64,000 nt of DNA from a virus. The DNA is taken from the IMG/VR virus record IMGVR_UViG_3300037245_002163, positions 1 to 64,000 of that record. One strand, 5' to 3'. The position numbers and the translations under genes are program-made. The notes under the pieces are model-generated. The model was not told where the DNA came from, made no database searches, and worked only from the letters and a program-made list of their open reading frames with translations. Position 1 is the first letter of the stretch. Each line of letters opens with the position of its first letter. Positions 29,384 to 40,006 of this stretch are shown one piece after another.

Positions 29384-29856
29384 GAACGGAAGTGGGGAAG
29401 GATCGGGACCGATTGAAGCGTGAGAACGCGCGCTTGCGGGAGCGCATTCACAAGATGGAATCCCCCGATGAGGTTCGACGCGACACGGAGCATTGGTACG
29501 AAGTGGTCGAATACTTCGACGCGGATGCGATCCAGAAGCTCCCGGTCGACGGGGGTAGCGCGTTCATCATGGGCAAGCTCGATGAAGTGAACATCGTCGA
29601 AGTGGGCAAGGGCACGCCGATGGACGCGATCAAGCGGCTAGGGGAATGGCTCAAAGAGAATGGCATCGATGCTTTGCTGGTCTCCGAAGGCGTCAAGTTC
29701 ATGAAGCTCCGCCCCGCAACCGATACCCAATCCGAAAAGCTCGACCGTTACGAGCAAACGAGGCGCGACGCGGAATCCGAAGCCGACAAGCCCCCGCTGC
29801 CGGAGGGACCGCCGGAGCCCAAGCACATCCCCGAAGAGTTCGAAGGCCGCGCTTGA
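29380..29856 (+). CDS. Hypothetical protein
   Basis: ATGA overlap with the sbcDC stop. Confidence 0.65.
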   Translation: MRTEVGKDRDRLKRENARLRERIHKMESPDEVRRDTEHWYEVVEYFDADAIQKLPVDGGSAFIMGKLDEVNIVEVGKGTPMDAIKRLGEWLKENGIDALLVSEGVKFMKLRPATDTQSEKLDRYEQTRRDAESEADKPPLPEGPPEPKHIPEEFEGRA

Positions 29857-30395
29857 AGGTTGTCTACATGGGCATAGACCCCGGCAAGACCGGGGCACTT
29901 GCCATGCGCTCGCTGGACGGCTTGTGGCGCGGTGTGGACTGCCCGCTTGTCGAAACCAGTACCAAGACGCGTAAGAGCAAGACGACGGGCAAGGTCACCA
30001 CGACCGTCAAAAAAGAGTCGAGCCCCGTGCTCATGGCAGAGCTGATTCGTGACGTTATGGAAGCCGCGGTTCATAAAGATGCGCGGTTCGTTGTCTACGT
30101 CGAAAAGGTCTCCGCCATGCCGGGCCAGGGCGTTACGAGCATGTTTAGCTTTGGGCGCAACTTCGGGCAGTGGGAAGGGGCCGTTGCCGCGCTTGGCTGC
30201 GAAATACACTACGTCACTCCGCAGCGTTGGAAAAAGGTCATGCTCGCCGATGCCCCGAAGGGGAAAGAAGCCTCACGCATGAAGGCGTTACAGCTCTTCC
30301 CCTACCTTGCCGCTGAGTTGAAACGCAAAAAGGATAATGGCCGCGCCGAAGCTCTGTTGATCGGGGAGTACGGCCGTCGCGCTGAAAGCACCTAG
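29853..30395 (+). CDS. RuvC-like Holliday junction resolvase
   Basis: MGIDPGKTGA, YVEKV, SMFSFG, VTPQRWKK, DNGRAEALLI. Confidence 0.9.
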   Translation: MKVVYMGIDPGKTGALAMRSLDGLWRGVDCPLVETSTKTRKSKTTGKVTTTVKKESSPVLMAELIRDVMEAAVHKDARFVVYVEKVSAMPGQGVTSMFSFGRNFGQWEGAVAALGCEIHYVTPQRWKKVMLADAPKGKEASRMKALQLFPYLAAELKRKKDNGRAEALLIGEYGRRAEST

Positions 30396-30677
30396 GTGAC
30401 ACGCCAAGAGATAGAAGAGTCGCTACAGCTCCGCGTGGGCTACTTGTTTGGGGTCGCGCCCGCGTCAGTGCGGGTGGTGTGGGACGCGCGCAAAGACAAG
30501 CCGCGTATTCGCGTCCCGAGCCGGCTGCACACGGTGCTGTTCACGGATGAACAGCGAGCGGAGATCATCGGCGACGCAATCGACACGGTGCTCCGTCAAG
30601 AGCTAAAGTCGCTTGGCGATACCACGGAGCTGAGCGACGAAGAGCTGACCGCGCGATTGCGAGCCCTACGTGACTGA
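30396..30677 (+). CDS. Hypothetical protein with C-terminal LSDEEL motif
   Basis: 93 aa; ends DTTELSDEELTARLRALRD. Confidence 0.7.
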   Translation: MTRQEIEESLQLRVGYLFGVAPASVRVVWDARKDKPRIRVPSRLHTVLFTDEQRAEIIGDAIDTVLRQELKSLGDTTELSDEELTARLRALRD

Positions 30678-31473
30678 TCCCAAGCCCCCTAAGAAACGTC
30701 GACTGCGAAAGAGGCGCATCCCCAAGAAAGCGCCCGCAAAGAAAGCGCCCGCAAAGAAGGCCCGTAAGAAGCGGGTCATGAAGCCGAAAAAGGCCGCGCT
30801 CCAAAAGGATCTCCCGAAGACCCACGTGGTGCGCCAGCAAGCCCTTGCTGACTTTGTGAGCGACGTGGAGAGCCGCGATGAGGGCTACCACTACATACGC
30901 GAGGATCGCACGTACGAAAAGCACGTGACGATCCACATCTTTCGCAAGTGGAAGCACACGGACGAATGGGAGCTGCACCGGGCCGCGTATTGGGCCGAAG
31001 CGCAAAAGATGCTCCTAGAGAAGACGCGCGATCAGACCGTGCAAATGCTCGCCGACTCGATGAAGCAAATGAACGAGCTGCGCGGCTTTGCCATCGAATG
31101 GTGCGACCCCGTGCGGGACGAGGAAACGGGCGAAGTGCTCCGCTACCCCGCGGAAGACGATGAGGGCAAGCCCCATCGGTTCGCCGGCAAACCCATGCTA
31201 GTGGTGCGCCCGCGCAACTACGAGGGGGCCGTGGCTGCCGCGCTCGCGCTCGATGATGCGGTGCGTGAGCGGCGCGATGAAGTGCTGCGGCTCACGGGCC
31301 AAGGGGAGAGCACATCGAAGGTGTCCGTCGACCCGGTAGTGCAGCAAGTGAAGCTCTCCGCCGAAGACCTTCGTTCGATGGCGCAAGCACTTACCAAGCG
31401 CCGGCAACCGGAGTTGGTAACGCACGCGATTGACATTAGGCCGGAAGACCATAGGCCACACCATGAAGAATGA
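30670..31473 (+). CDS. Hypothetical protein, possible terminase small subunit
   Basis: KKAPAKK tail, HTH-like WKHTDEW segment, helical body; function inferred only. Confidence 0.4.
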   Translation: MTDPKPPKKRRLRKRRIPKKAPAKKAPAKKARKKRVMKPKKAALQKDLPKTHVVRQQALADFVSDVESRDEGYHYIREDRTYEKHVTIHIFRKWKHTDEWELHRAAYWAEAQKMLLEKTRDQTVQMLADSMKQMNELRGFAIEWCDPVRDEETGEVLRYPAEDDEGKPHRFAGKPMLVVRPRNYEGAVAAALALDDAVRERRDEVLRLTGQGESTSKVSVDPVVQQVKLSAEDLRSMAQALTKRRQPELVTHAIDIRPEDHRPHHEE

Positions 31474-32516
31474 AGGGCCGCGCATCGCGGGTGCCGTGCA
31501 TCCTGCTACCACTGAGGGATTCCGTAAGTTTTTGCAGGAAGCGAATCGCGTTGAACGTGACGGCTATGAGCTGATCGCGGTGGTTCCGTTGGGTCCGCAG
31601 ATCGGTGCCGTGTTCCGCCGTCGCAAAATGGGTACATCCGTTGACACGAATAACAGTTTTTTCGAATAGCTGGTCACGATACGCTTAGGGCGTGCGGAAG
31701 GCTACGCTTCGCAAAATAGAGCGCGCTAGGAAACGCTTGCTTACTTCGATATCCGCGTTGAACCATGCGGATGACTTAGATGCTCGCGCGTGTGGACTGT
31801 TGCAAGAGCTAACCGCGGAGACGTTGCGTCAGTTGCCGGTGTTGGTCGACGCGCGGACCATGAAAGCCGATGCGATCATTTTGACGCGGGCTCAACTTCA
31901 TGACTTATTAGCCCGCTTCGGGTTAGACTTACTAACCGTGCAGACCGGGGGGCTGTTGCACGGGGACGACTGAGTGTTTGGCTTTGCGGTCGCAGTGGTG
32001 GACCGCGGCAGGGGGGAACAGTGTTCCAAATGATTCGCGCACTAGTGTGCGACGGGTGCTTTCGCTATGAGCGGGCGCCTGAGAAGGTAGAGATCAAGAA
32101 AGGGGAGCGCACGCCGCTGCCCGATGGGTGGGAACGGGTCAAGCTCAAAGGCTGGGTCGGTAGCTTCCACGTGTGCAGCGATTCGTGCGTGACTTTACTG
32201 ACGGATCGTATAAAACCGCCCAATGGCCATATGGACTGACAAAGACTTCACCCGCCGCCACTATGCCGTCGAAAGCCCCGCGCTAGATGAGGCCCGGCGT
32301 ATCGAGCTGCGGATCATCGTGGACGGCAAAACCATGGTGCAGACTACGGCGCGCGAGCCGGGGATCATGGCTTTCGTGAGCAAGCCGAACGACCAGGGCT
32401 TCGAAATTGAGATCATCGAAGCTACGGGCGCGAAGTACACGGATGTTCGTACGCCGGCCGGGGAGACCACGGAGCCCTTGGCTCGCTGGCAAAAAGAGGC
32501 CCTAGGGCTGGAATGA
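31463..32516 (+). CDS. Four small hypothetical genes (31463-31669, 31692-31973, 32021-32239 zinc finger, 32223-32516)
   Basis: Tightly packed same-strand ORFs; CDGC...PDGW...CSDSC in 32021-32239. Confidence 0.6.
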
Positions 32517-32989
32517 GGGTCGAGCACCGCTCTCAGCGATCCGACCATGAGACCCCTGAGAGCATTCTCATACGGGTGCGCGCCATTGCGCCGATCGGGC
32601 TCGATCCGGCGAGCCGCAAGGGCAACCCCACCAAAGCGCGGGTTTACCTCACGCCCGATAAAGACGGGCTCGTGCGCCCCTGGACCCATAGCGGGCTCGT
32701 GTACGTGAATCCCCCCTACGGGCGCGCTCACAACCGCGTATGGGCGCGCAAGATAGCCATAGAGGGCAAAGCAGGGGCGGAGATCGTCGGCCTTGTAGCG
32801 TCCCGCACGGGCTCCAAATGGTTCGATGAGATGTGGACCGCCGACCGGATCTGTTTCGTGCGGGGGCGCATCCGTTTCGTGGGCGCTGACGCTGGGGCTC
32901 CGTTCGATTCTGCGATCTGCTATTGGGGGGAGCGCGCCAAGCGATTCGATGAGGCGTTCCGCAGCTTAGGGAAGCTGATCCGGCCGTAA
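32513..32989 (+). CDS. Phage Dam-type DNA N6-adenine methyltransferase
   Basis: ETP...LDPAS...DGL..PW...VYVNPPY...RTGSKWF...RGRIRF. Confidence 0.9.
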   Translation: MRVEHRSQRSDHETPESILIRVRAIAPIGLDPASRKGNPTKARVYLTPDKDGLVRPWTHSGLVYVNPPYGRAHNRVWARKIAIEGKAGAEIVGLVASRTGSKWFDEMWTADRICFVRGRIRFVGADAGAPFDSAICYWGERAKRFDEAFRSLGKLIRP

Positions 32990-33010
32990 GATGGCGCTAC
33001 TCTACGCTCC

Positions 33011-33418
33011 GTGGCCAAGCCCCAAGATATCGCCCGGCTACCGTGGGATCAGCCCCGCAGCCACGCGTGGACGACGGCGCATCAACGCGCGCTCGTAATC
33101 GGGTATCTCGAAGGCTACGTGGCTAGCCGGAGCTGGGGCCAAGGCTGGGAAGTCGAAGAGCGGTTCATGGACAGCGGGGTGAACGTACACGTCGCCACGG
33201 GGCCGACTGGCCCTCCGAAAGAACGAACATTTCACCAACGGCCGGGAATGCCTATCCTTGTGCTGGCGGTTTTGCGCGCAAAGGATAATGAGCGATTCGA
33301 GTGCGGCTTGCATTTTCCGCGCGGCACAGACACGGACGTAGGGGAGATCGCGGTGAAATTGGGACTGGCGGCGCACTCATTTGACGCACTTCACCGTGAG
33401 GTTTCGTGGGTGTTCTGA
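33011..33418 (+). CDS. Hypothetical protein
   Basis: 135 aa; TACTCT 7 nt before the GTG. Confidence 0.6.
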   Translation: MAKPQDIARLPWDQPRSHAWTTAHQRALVIGYLEGYVASRSWGQGWEVEERFMDSGVNVHVATGPTGPPKERTFHQRPGMPILVLAVLRAKDNERFECGLHFPRGTDTDVGEIAVKLGLAAHSFDALHREVSWVF

Positions 33419-34149
33419 GGCGCGGAAGCCGGGGGCGGTTGCCGTTCGATATCTCCGGGGCGCTTCGCCCCGAAGGCTTTGGTCCGCTCCCTGAGATCGA
33501 CGATGACAGCGATATCGACGGCTTGCCGTGGCATCGGCGAACCGAAGACGCGTGGACCGATCTGCCCTTCCGCAACGTGATCCGCTCCCAGATCGCGCAT
33601 TACCTCAAGTGCCGGCCCGTCGTGAGCAAGTGGGAGCTTTGGGAGATTGCGACCACGGTCAAAAGCTCATGCACCCGACTACCCGCCGATGAAGCCTACC
33701 TTCGACTTCGGATCACCACGTGCGTGGGTGGGGATGGCTGTGGGTGCTCGCATGAGGGGTGCAAGCAATGTGAAGTCGCGTCGCCGTTTCCGGTCGAAGC
33801 GCGCAATCCGGTCGACTCGAATCAGATTTTCGCCCGCATGTTCAACTCTCTCGATATCCTCTGTGGGCTAGTCGTGAGTGGACCAGGCATAGGGATTCGG
33901 TTCTACAATGAGACGCCAAGTGGGGCGATCGATGGGATCAATACTGATTTCCTTGTGAGTCAGAAGTTCTTTGCAAACCGTGAGGCTGTTTATCTGAATG
34001 GAGTGAGGCAAAAGCCAGGCGCCACATGTGACTACACGCGGGCTGAATCCGGTGGGACCGGAACGGGTTTTGATACGATTCGGTTCATAAATTTTGCACC
34101 CATTCCAGGGGACAGTATTTTGATTGACTATGACCTACAAGGGGTCTGA
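33406..34149 (+). CDS. Putative virion protein
   Basis: C-terminal ETPSGAIDGINTDF...VYLNGVRQ...DYT...P..GD beta-module seen in phage structural proteins. Confidence 0.6.
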   Translation: MGVLRRGSRGRLPFDISGALRPEGFGPLPEIDDDSDIDGLPWHRRTEDAWTDLPFRNVIRSQIAHYLKCRPVVSKWELWEIATTVKSSCTRLPADEAYLRLRITTCVGGDGCGCSHEGCKQCEVASPFPVEARNPVDSNQIFARMFNSLDILCGLVVSGPGIGIRFYNETPSGAIDGINTDFLVSQKFFANREAVYLNGVRQKPGATCDYTRAESGGTGTGFDTIRFINFAPIPGDSILIDYDLQGV

Positions 34150-34171
34150 GGGGACTAAGGGGGAACACTAG

Positions 34172-36097
34172 ATGGCACGCACATGGATTCGACAAGATAT
34201 CCAAATCGGGAGTACGCAAGACACTCTCGCTGGATTCGTAGATAACACATCGCCGGCTTCCACAATGGAGTCGGCAGCCAGCACAATCACGGACGACCTG
34301 AATAATCTTCGGTCAATCGCTTCGCTGCACCTCGATGGGCAGTCGAACAATTGGTACGACGATCTCATCGCTCCGAGCACGCTGGAAACCGGCACCAAGC
34401 GAGGGATCAACACGCTGAATGACGGCCTTCACGCGGTTGAAAAGAAGCGCGTTCTGCGGGAGGTTCAAAATCTCGAAGACGTGACTGTTGCTGCGGGCGA
34501 TGCGGCGACGGGAACACTGACTTCCACGGGGCAGCCCGCGAACGACGACGACGTTACGATCGGAAGCCAGGTTTACACTTGGAAGACGATTCTGACTGGC
34601 GCTGCGGACGAAGTGTTCATCGGCGGCACTCAGGCGCTCTCCATGGAGAACCTACGCCGCGCCATCAATGACGATGGGACCGCGGGCACTAACTACGGCA
34701 CCGGCACTGTTGCCAACGCCGATGTGACGGCCACGGACACGGCGACCACGGTTATCGTGACGGCCATTCTTGCCGGCACAGTCGGTAACTCGATTGCCAC
34801 GACTGAGAACGGTGCGAACACGGACTGGACCAGCGGTGCAACGCTCGCTGGCGGTACGGATTCAAACTGGGTGATTCTTACGCTCTCCGAGGTTCCTTCG
34901 CAGGACACCGCAGCGGTTGGCGCAGTCACCACGTTGGGCACCGTAGTCGCGTTCCACGCGGGCAGCTTCGGCACGCACTCGCTCGATGAGGTTGCAGGGC
35001 CAACGGCTATTTCGCCGTTGAACCTTGTACACGTTATTGACGCGGCGACGCATGACCCGATCTTGTCGGGTGGCACGGTCGTTTACGGTCTCTTGCAGAC
35101 TGAGACCGCAACCGATGAGCACACGATGACGGGCACAACCGCGTTCCGTGTGCAGATTTCGTTTGTTCGGGTCAACACCGGAACCGATGATCTCGAAGCG
35201 GTTCCGACCAGCGACATTCAGGGCAAGACGATTCACTACCAGTCGCATGAGCGAGTTCGGCTCGAAGACTTGAACGAGTACGACTTCCTTGGCGGGGGCA
35301 TCATCGATATCCCGGCGGGTACGACTGTCACTCGTCAGGTTGGCTACGACAACCAGGGTGTCACCCCGGTTGACTTGGGCACGAATGCGATTCTCGACCT
35401 TGAAGGCGCGGGGCTCTCATGGTCGGTTCGCGATGACCTAGAGGCGACTCTCTTCGAGATCGTTGAAGGTTCGTCGGGCGGCACTTCGCAGGTAAACATT
35501 CACAGCGATGTGGACGAGTTCGATGTGGATGCGGTGGTCAATGACTTCACCGCGGGCGTCACGGTCGGCAGTGGCGGTGCTCGACCTATCGCGGTTGGCG
35601 TCACTAGCGGCGAGATCGCAACCACGGCGGGCAATCTTCGGATTATCGCAGCCGACGAAATGTACTTCGATGACGTGAACCAGACGGGTTCCACGTGGGC
35701 ACAAACGGACGGTATCAAGCTCTCCGAGACCACGGGGGAATGGGATGCCTTCGAAACGGCTTTCGGCGAAGTCTCATTGCTCAATGCGATTCAGCAAGCC
35801 TACAGTGGGCAGATCCGAACCAAGGTCCAGGCGACGCTCACGGCGAACGTCACGCTGAGCAACGATGTGAACGGTCCAGGCACCGCGCATAACAATACCG
35901 ATGTGGACTTGGCACCGTTCGATAACGTCACGTTCAACACGGACGTTGACGTGTTCCTGAATGGTGAGCTAATGCGCTACACGGACGACGTAGTTGCGGG
36001 TGGCACGCCGGCCGAAGGTGACTTGCAGTTTCTCTTCAATTTGAAGGGGACCGGCACGAAGCCCGACCAAATCACAGTGATCGTCAACGGACAGTAA
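34172..36097 (+). CDS. Putative major virion structural protein (641 aa, T/G/D-rich)
   Basis: Strong SD; sheath-like insert ATGTLT...VTIG...GNSIAT...TLAGG; VFLNGELM module. Confidence 0.65.
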   Translation: MARTWIRQDIQIGSTQDTLAGFVDNTSPASTMESAASTITDDLNNLRSIASLHLDGQSNNWYDDLIAPSTLETGTKRGINTLNDGLHAVEKKRVLREVQNLEDVTVAAGDAATGTLTSTGQPANDDDVTIGSQVYTWKTILTGAADEVFIGGTQALSMENLRRAINDDGTAGTNYGTGTVANADVTATDTATTVIVTAILAGTVGNSIATTENGANTDWTSGATLAGGTDSNWVILTLSEVPSQDTAAVGAVTTLGTVVAFHAGSFGTHSLDEVAGPTAISPLNLVHVIDAATHDPILSGGTVVYGLLQTETATDEHTMTGTTAFRVQISFVRVNTGTDDLEAVPTSDIQGKTIHYQSHERVRLEDLNEYDFLGGGIIDIPAGTTVTRQVGYDNQGVTPVDLGTNAILDLEGAGLSWSVRDDLEATLFEIVEGSSGGTSQVNIHSDVDEFDVDAVVNDFTAGVTVGSGGARPIAVGVTSGEIATTAGNLRIIAADEMYFDDVNQTGSTWAQTDGIKLSETTGEWDAFETAFGEVSLLNAIQQAYSGQIRTKVQATLTANVTLSNDVNGPGTAHNNTDVDLAPFDNVTFNTDVDVFLNGELMRYTDDVVAGGTPAEGDLQFLFNLKGTGTKPDQITVIVNGQ

Positions 36098-36100
36098 TCA

Positions 36101-36712
36101 ATGCTTGAACACGTTCTCGGTAAGGTAGAAGTCTCTGGCCAAATCGGAGACAAGCTCGATGAGGCTCTAAAGGGGGCCGAGAACGAGGTTCAACAGCGCA
36201 AGGGGATGCAGGCCGGTTGCCAGCTATCCGCGAAAGCGGTAGCCGGCTTGCTTCCACACGTTGACAAAGCCTTTGATGAGGGGGAGCTAGATGGGCTCTC
36301 CGCGCTCGAAATGAAGGGGCTTCTAAAGAAGTGGCTCGTGCGCGGGATGGAAGCCACGGAGAACCTGTATAAGCGCGCTCAGGCCGAAGAGATGGTCGCC
36401 GCTGGCAAGGTCGCCGCGATGAATCTCGCCGTGACGATCACCAAGCGGTATCACGACTCCGCAGCGGCACGCGCCCGGCAACTTACCGCGCCCGATGAGT
36501 CTGAGACTGAGGCCGAAGCCGGCGAGCGTCGGAGGGGCCGTAAGCACGGCGAGCACCCGGCGGGAAGCCCGCTCGATGAGCGCCGTGAGGCCGCAGCCGA
36601 AGAGGCCGTCGACAAGGCGCTCGCGGACGCGAAAGAGACGCCCAAAAAGCCGACTAAGAAGACCGCGCCGAAGAAAAGGCGCACCGTACGGCCGCCAAAG
36701 AAAGCGAAGTAA
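36101..36712 (+). CDS. Hypothetical helical protein with Lys-rich tail
   Basis: 203 aa, in operon. Confidence 0.7.
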   Translation: MLEHVLGKVEVSGQIGDKLDEALKGAENEVQQRKGMQAGCQLSAKAVAGLLPHVDKAFDEGELDGLSALEMKGLLKKWLVRGMEATENLYKRAQAEEMVAAGKVAAMNLAVTITKRYHDSAAARARQLTAPDESETEAEAGERRRGRKHGEHPAGSPLDERREAAAEEAVDKALADAKETPKKPTKKTAPKKRRTVRPPKKAK

Positions 36713-36715
36713 GCA

Positions 36716-37165
36716 GTGGCGGGAGCGCGCGATGAGCGAGTTGCCGACCTATTCTTTGTCGACACCACCGCCGAAGGGAACCCCGCAGAAGAGGGGCTAG
36801 TCCGCTATGTGAGCGGCGATCTTGTCGCGTTCCTAGGGGGTGTGGTCAAGAGCCTCACGACGGGCTCAGGGCTCAGCGAGGGAGCGCACCGTGCGCTCGA
36901 TCAGCTCATCCATGGCATCGCGGAGAACAGCTTCGAGGAAATGACCTACGCCGGCAACAAGGTCACGGCGATCATTGTGTGGACCGATGCGGGCAAAACA
37001 ACGAAGATCCGCGAAGAGCTGTTCACGTACACGGGGAACCAGGCGACGACGATCGTCACCAAGCAATACGATGTGGCGGGGGCATTGATCGTGGGCGAAA
37101 CGATGACTGAGACACTGAGCTACACCGGCACCAAGATCGACGATATCACGCGGGTCATGAGCTAA
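36716..37165 (+). CDS. Putative virion protein
   Basis: Repeated TYxG beta-hairpins. Confidence 0.6.
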   Translation: MAGARDERVADLFFVDTTAEGNPAEEGLVRYVSGDLVAFLGGVVKSLTTGSGLSEGAHRALDQLIHGIAENSFEEMTYAGNKVTAIIVWTDAGKTTKIREELFTYTGNQATTIVTKQYDVAGALIVGETMTETLSYTGTKIDDITRVMS

Positions 37166-38022
37166 TGGCCGGCGTCGTAGTCGTCAATCAACCGCCGGTC
37201 ACGCTCTACGATTCGAGCGGCAATGAGATCGCGCCGTCCACCGAAGCCACGCTAGAGGCCGCGCGGGTGCTGTTGGTGGCGCTCGAAGGCAAAGACTACG
37301 CGACGCAAGCGACGCTCGCCACGCGCGCTAGCGAAGCCACGCTCGAAGCGGCGCGAGTGCTGTTGGTATCCCTGGACGGTAAAGACTTCGCCACGGAGAC
37401 GACCCAAGTGGCCTTGGGCGTCATTCTGAGCGCCATCGAAGTCAAGGTGGCCACGGAGACTACGCTTGCGACGCGGGCCAGCGAAACCACGCTGGCTCTG
37501 ACGAAGGGTGTGCTGGACACGATCTACACACGACAGAACGACCGCAACCAGAAGACCCAGCTCACCAACGGAACCCTCGACGTAACCGTTACGGCCGACG
37601 CGTCGATCAACCGCCTACAGATCGCTGGCAAGGTATCGGTCACTGGCGCAATCGCACCCCCGGCCACGACACAAGTGCTCATCCATGCCGACACTCCGCT
37701 GACAGTAGGTAGTCACGATTCGGTCTACGTGATTCCTGATGGGGAGGTGTTTCATATTCAAGAGATTCACCAAGGCAATGAAGATCCAACGAAGGGCGCA
37801 TCTGTTGAAATCATCTACTACAACGGGACAGAGCACTTGCTTGAACGGGTCTACTCCGCAGGCTCAACGGTGACGATTGGCTACCCGGAGATCAACGCGG
37901 CGAGGGATGGAACGTCGATGGTCGGCAACGCAGGCGGCACGAACACGATCATCACTCGCCGCCTAAAGTATTCAGGTTCCAACATTGCAATCGAAACAGA
38001 GGTCGTGGGGTACGTTGTATGA
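37165..38022 (+). CDS. Putative virion fibre-like protein with internal ~30-aa tandem repeats
   Basis: EATLEAARVLLVxLxGKDxAT occurs twice and ATxxTLATRASExTL twice. Confidence 0.65.
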   Translation: MAGVVVVNQPPVTLYDSSGNEIAPSTEATLEAARVLLVALEGKDYATQATLATRASEATLEAARVLLVSLDGKDFATETTQVALGVILSAIEVKVATETTLATRASETTLALTKGVLDTIYTRQNDRNQKTQLTNGTLDVTVTADASINRLQIAGKVSVTGAIAPPATTQVLIHADTPLTVGSHDSVYVIPDGEVFHIQEIHQGNEDPTKGASVEIIYYNGTEHLLERVYSAGSTVTIGYPEINAARDGTSMVGNAGGTNTIITRRLKYSGSNIAIETEVVGYVV

Positions 38023-39266
38023 GGGTGCTCTACATCGAGTACGCGCTTTGGAAGCAGATCACGCAGACGCGGGGCTTCACCGCGTTCCATGAGGTCGTCA
38101 CAACGGATACCTTGCGGGTGTGGTCGGGAATGCCCGAAGTGGTCTACGCCGCCGACGTGGAGCCCGCCAACTTCGCGGACTGGCAGGCCGCCTTCCCCAG
38201 CTCGACCCTTGTGCTGGGCGAGGATACTGCGCTTGCGAATATCGCGGGCCTTGGCGCTACGCTGCAACCCCGAAGTGCGGATGGCACGCCGCAAACGGCG
38301 GGTCAAAATCTCACGCTGGGCCAGCTCGCTTTCACGCGAGCGGACGACGGCACTGAGCCCATGAACGTCAACGGCGAGGCTTCCGGCACTCCCGTGAACC
38401 TTTGGAACGGCACGGGTGGCGGTGATACCGGAGCTGACTGGCCCGCATCGGGCACCGGATCAGAGCAAGCCGCAGCGGACGCCGGGGCCGGCACAAACGG
38501 CTGGGATACCGGGGTCGCTGCGCAGAACGACGCTACCGATTTCGACAACGGCTCCCTAGTGGATGTGGATGCGCTCTACGGCGATTTGCAGTTTCAGATC
38601 AATCCGCAGGCGTGGCCCGCAACTTCACGGCTTCGGGTCGGGTTTCTCGATGCGTCGAACAATCTCGTGGGCAACTGGCGTCGGGCCGAAAACTACACGA
38701 CGAATATGGATCTCGGCATTTGGCAGCCCGTGTCGATTCCGATCGTGGACTTTGCGCTCACAGGGCAAGTGCAAAAGCTCCACTTTGAGTACCGGAGTAC
38801 CAGCGGGCAGCACCACTACTTCGACGATATCAAGCTCGTGCCATCGGGTGGGAACGGTCCCTACCGCTTTCGGGTGGCCGCGCCTAATGCGCTCACGCGC
38901 TACCACGTATCGATGATTGTGTTCATGGTGAGCGGCCCAACCGCGGGCTGGACTTCGACCAGCTTTGCGAACATTTCGGCGCTCTCGAAGGGGGTCATTT
39001 TGCGCCAGCGCCGGATCTCCGATGGGGCCGTGCTTTGGAGCTTCAACTCAAAGGATAATGTGGAGCTGTTCGGTCGCTACCATCCCCAAGACGATATTGA
39101 GTTCGCCGATGGCACTTTGCTTGTCGGGTTCATGGTCAAGCCCGGCAAGGCGAGCATCGTGGTGAGCGATGACGCGGTGTTGGAGTTCGTAGTGCGGGAT
39201 GACTTGAGCGCACTGGCCGCCGCCCGCGCATTCGCGCACTACGGGGTAGAGGTACTAGAGCCATGA
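38019..39266 (+). CDS. Putative virion protein with carbohydrate-binding-like domain
   Basis: WQPVSIPIVDF...HYFDDIKL CBM-like motif. Confidence 0.55.
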   Translation: MRVLYIEYALWKQITQTRGFTAFHEVVTTDTLRVWSGMPEVVYAADVEPANFADWQAAFPSSTLVLGEDTALANIAGLGATLQPRSADGTPQTAGQNLTLGQLAFTRADDGTEPMNVNGEASGTPVNLWNGTGGGDTGADWPASGTGSEQAAADAGAGTNGWDTGVAAQNDATDFDNGSLVDVDALYGDLQFQINPQAWPATSRLRVGFLDASNNLVGNWRRAENYTTNMDLGIWQPVSIPIVDFALTGQVQKLHFEYRSTSGQHHYFDDIKLVPSGGNGPYRFRVAAPNALTRYHVSMIVFMVSGPTAGWTSTSFANISALSKGVILRQRRISDGAVLWSFNSKDNVELFGRYHPQDDIEFADGTLLVGFMVKPGKASIVVSDDAVLEFVVRDDLSALAAARAFAHYGVEVLEP

Positions 39267-39985
39267 GTATCAGCATGAAGCGGTCGCCCGTGACGAGCGA
39301 TGGTCGACCCATCTACCTCACGAGCCGATTTCGAGGCAACGTCGATCCGTTCTTCGCGGGCTCAGGGGATAATGAGAACGGGCGCGGGCAAGACGATCTG
39401 TTTTGCTTGCATTGGGCGACGGCGCCAACCGAGGCCGAAGACAAGACGCAAACCTTTGGGTTCTGCGACTGGATCTACATCGCCAAGGGCACGGTGCAGT
39501 GGTGCAACGCGGGGCCGGGGGATTACGTGAGCTTTCACGCGTTCGCGCCAGCGACCACGGTCACGCCGAACACGGATGCGGGCAACTGCAATCTCGTAGC
39601 CACGGGCTTGGGGTTCAACACCATTATCCCCGCAGCGGGCAACGGCTCACACGACTACGCCGACCCCGTTCCGGTCCCGGCCTTCAATGCAGCCGGCGAG
39701 CCCAACGGGCACTGGCTATGGAGCGAGCCCGACGCCGGCAAGGGCGACATGACGTTCAAGGGCGACGGCGCTCAAATGTATAACCTCTACGACGCTACGC
39801 TCCCGTTGGTCTATTGGATCAAAAAGCTCCCGTTGATCGGCAACCATAGTGCGTTGCTCCAACCCGAAACCAAGGCCCGTAAGGTGCTCCCCCATTGGAA
39901 GTTCAAAGTGACCGTCCACAACGAATCGCTAGGCGCGCTCCAAGCGACCTGGCATTTGGATTGCGCACGGAAGAGCACGTTATGA
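39263..39985 (+). CDS. Putative virion protein
   Basis: 240 aa; ATGA overlap. Confidence 0.55.
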   Translation: MSISMKRSPVTSDGRPIYLTSRFRGNVDPFFAGSGDNENGRGQDDLFCLHWATAPTEAEDKTQTFGFCDWIYIAKGTVQWCNAGPGDYVSFHAFAPATTVTPNTDAGNCNLVATGLGFNTIIPAAGNGSHDYADPVPVPAFNAAGEPNGHWLWSEPDAGKGDMTFKGDGAQMYNLYDATLPLVYWIKKLPLIGNHSALLQPETKARKVLPHWKFKVTVHNESLGALQATWHLDCARKSTL

Positions 39986-40006
39986 GTAGCACGCAAAGGG
40001 GGGTTT

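Noticed and set aside
13377-29852. Long N-terminal extensions in the ORF track (13377, 16703, 25634, 29326, 29646) and many antisense or shifted ORFs
   Set aside because: They overlap real upstream genes; 4-nt stop/start overlaps give better starts, and shadow ORFs are expected in GC-rich DNA.
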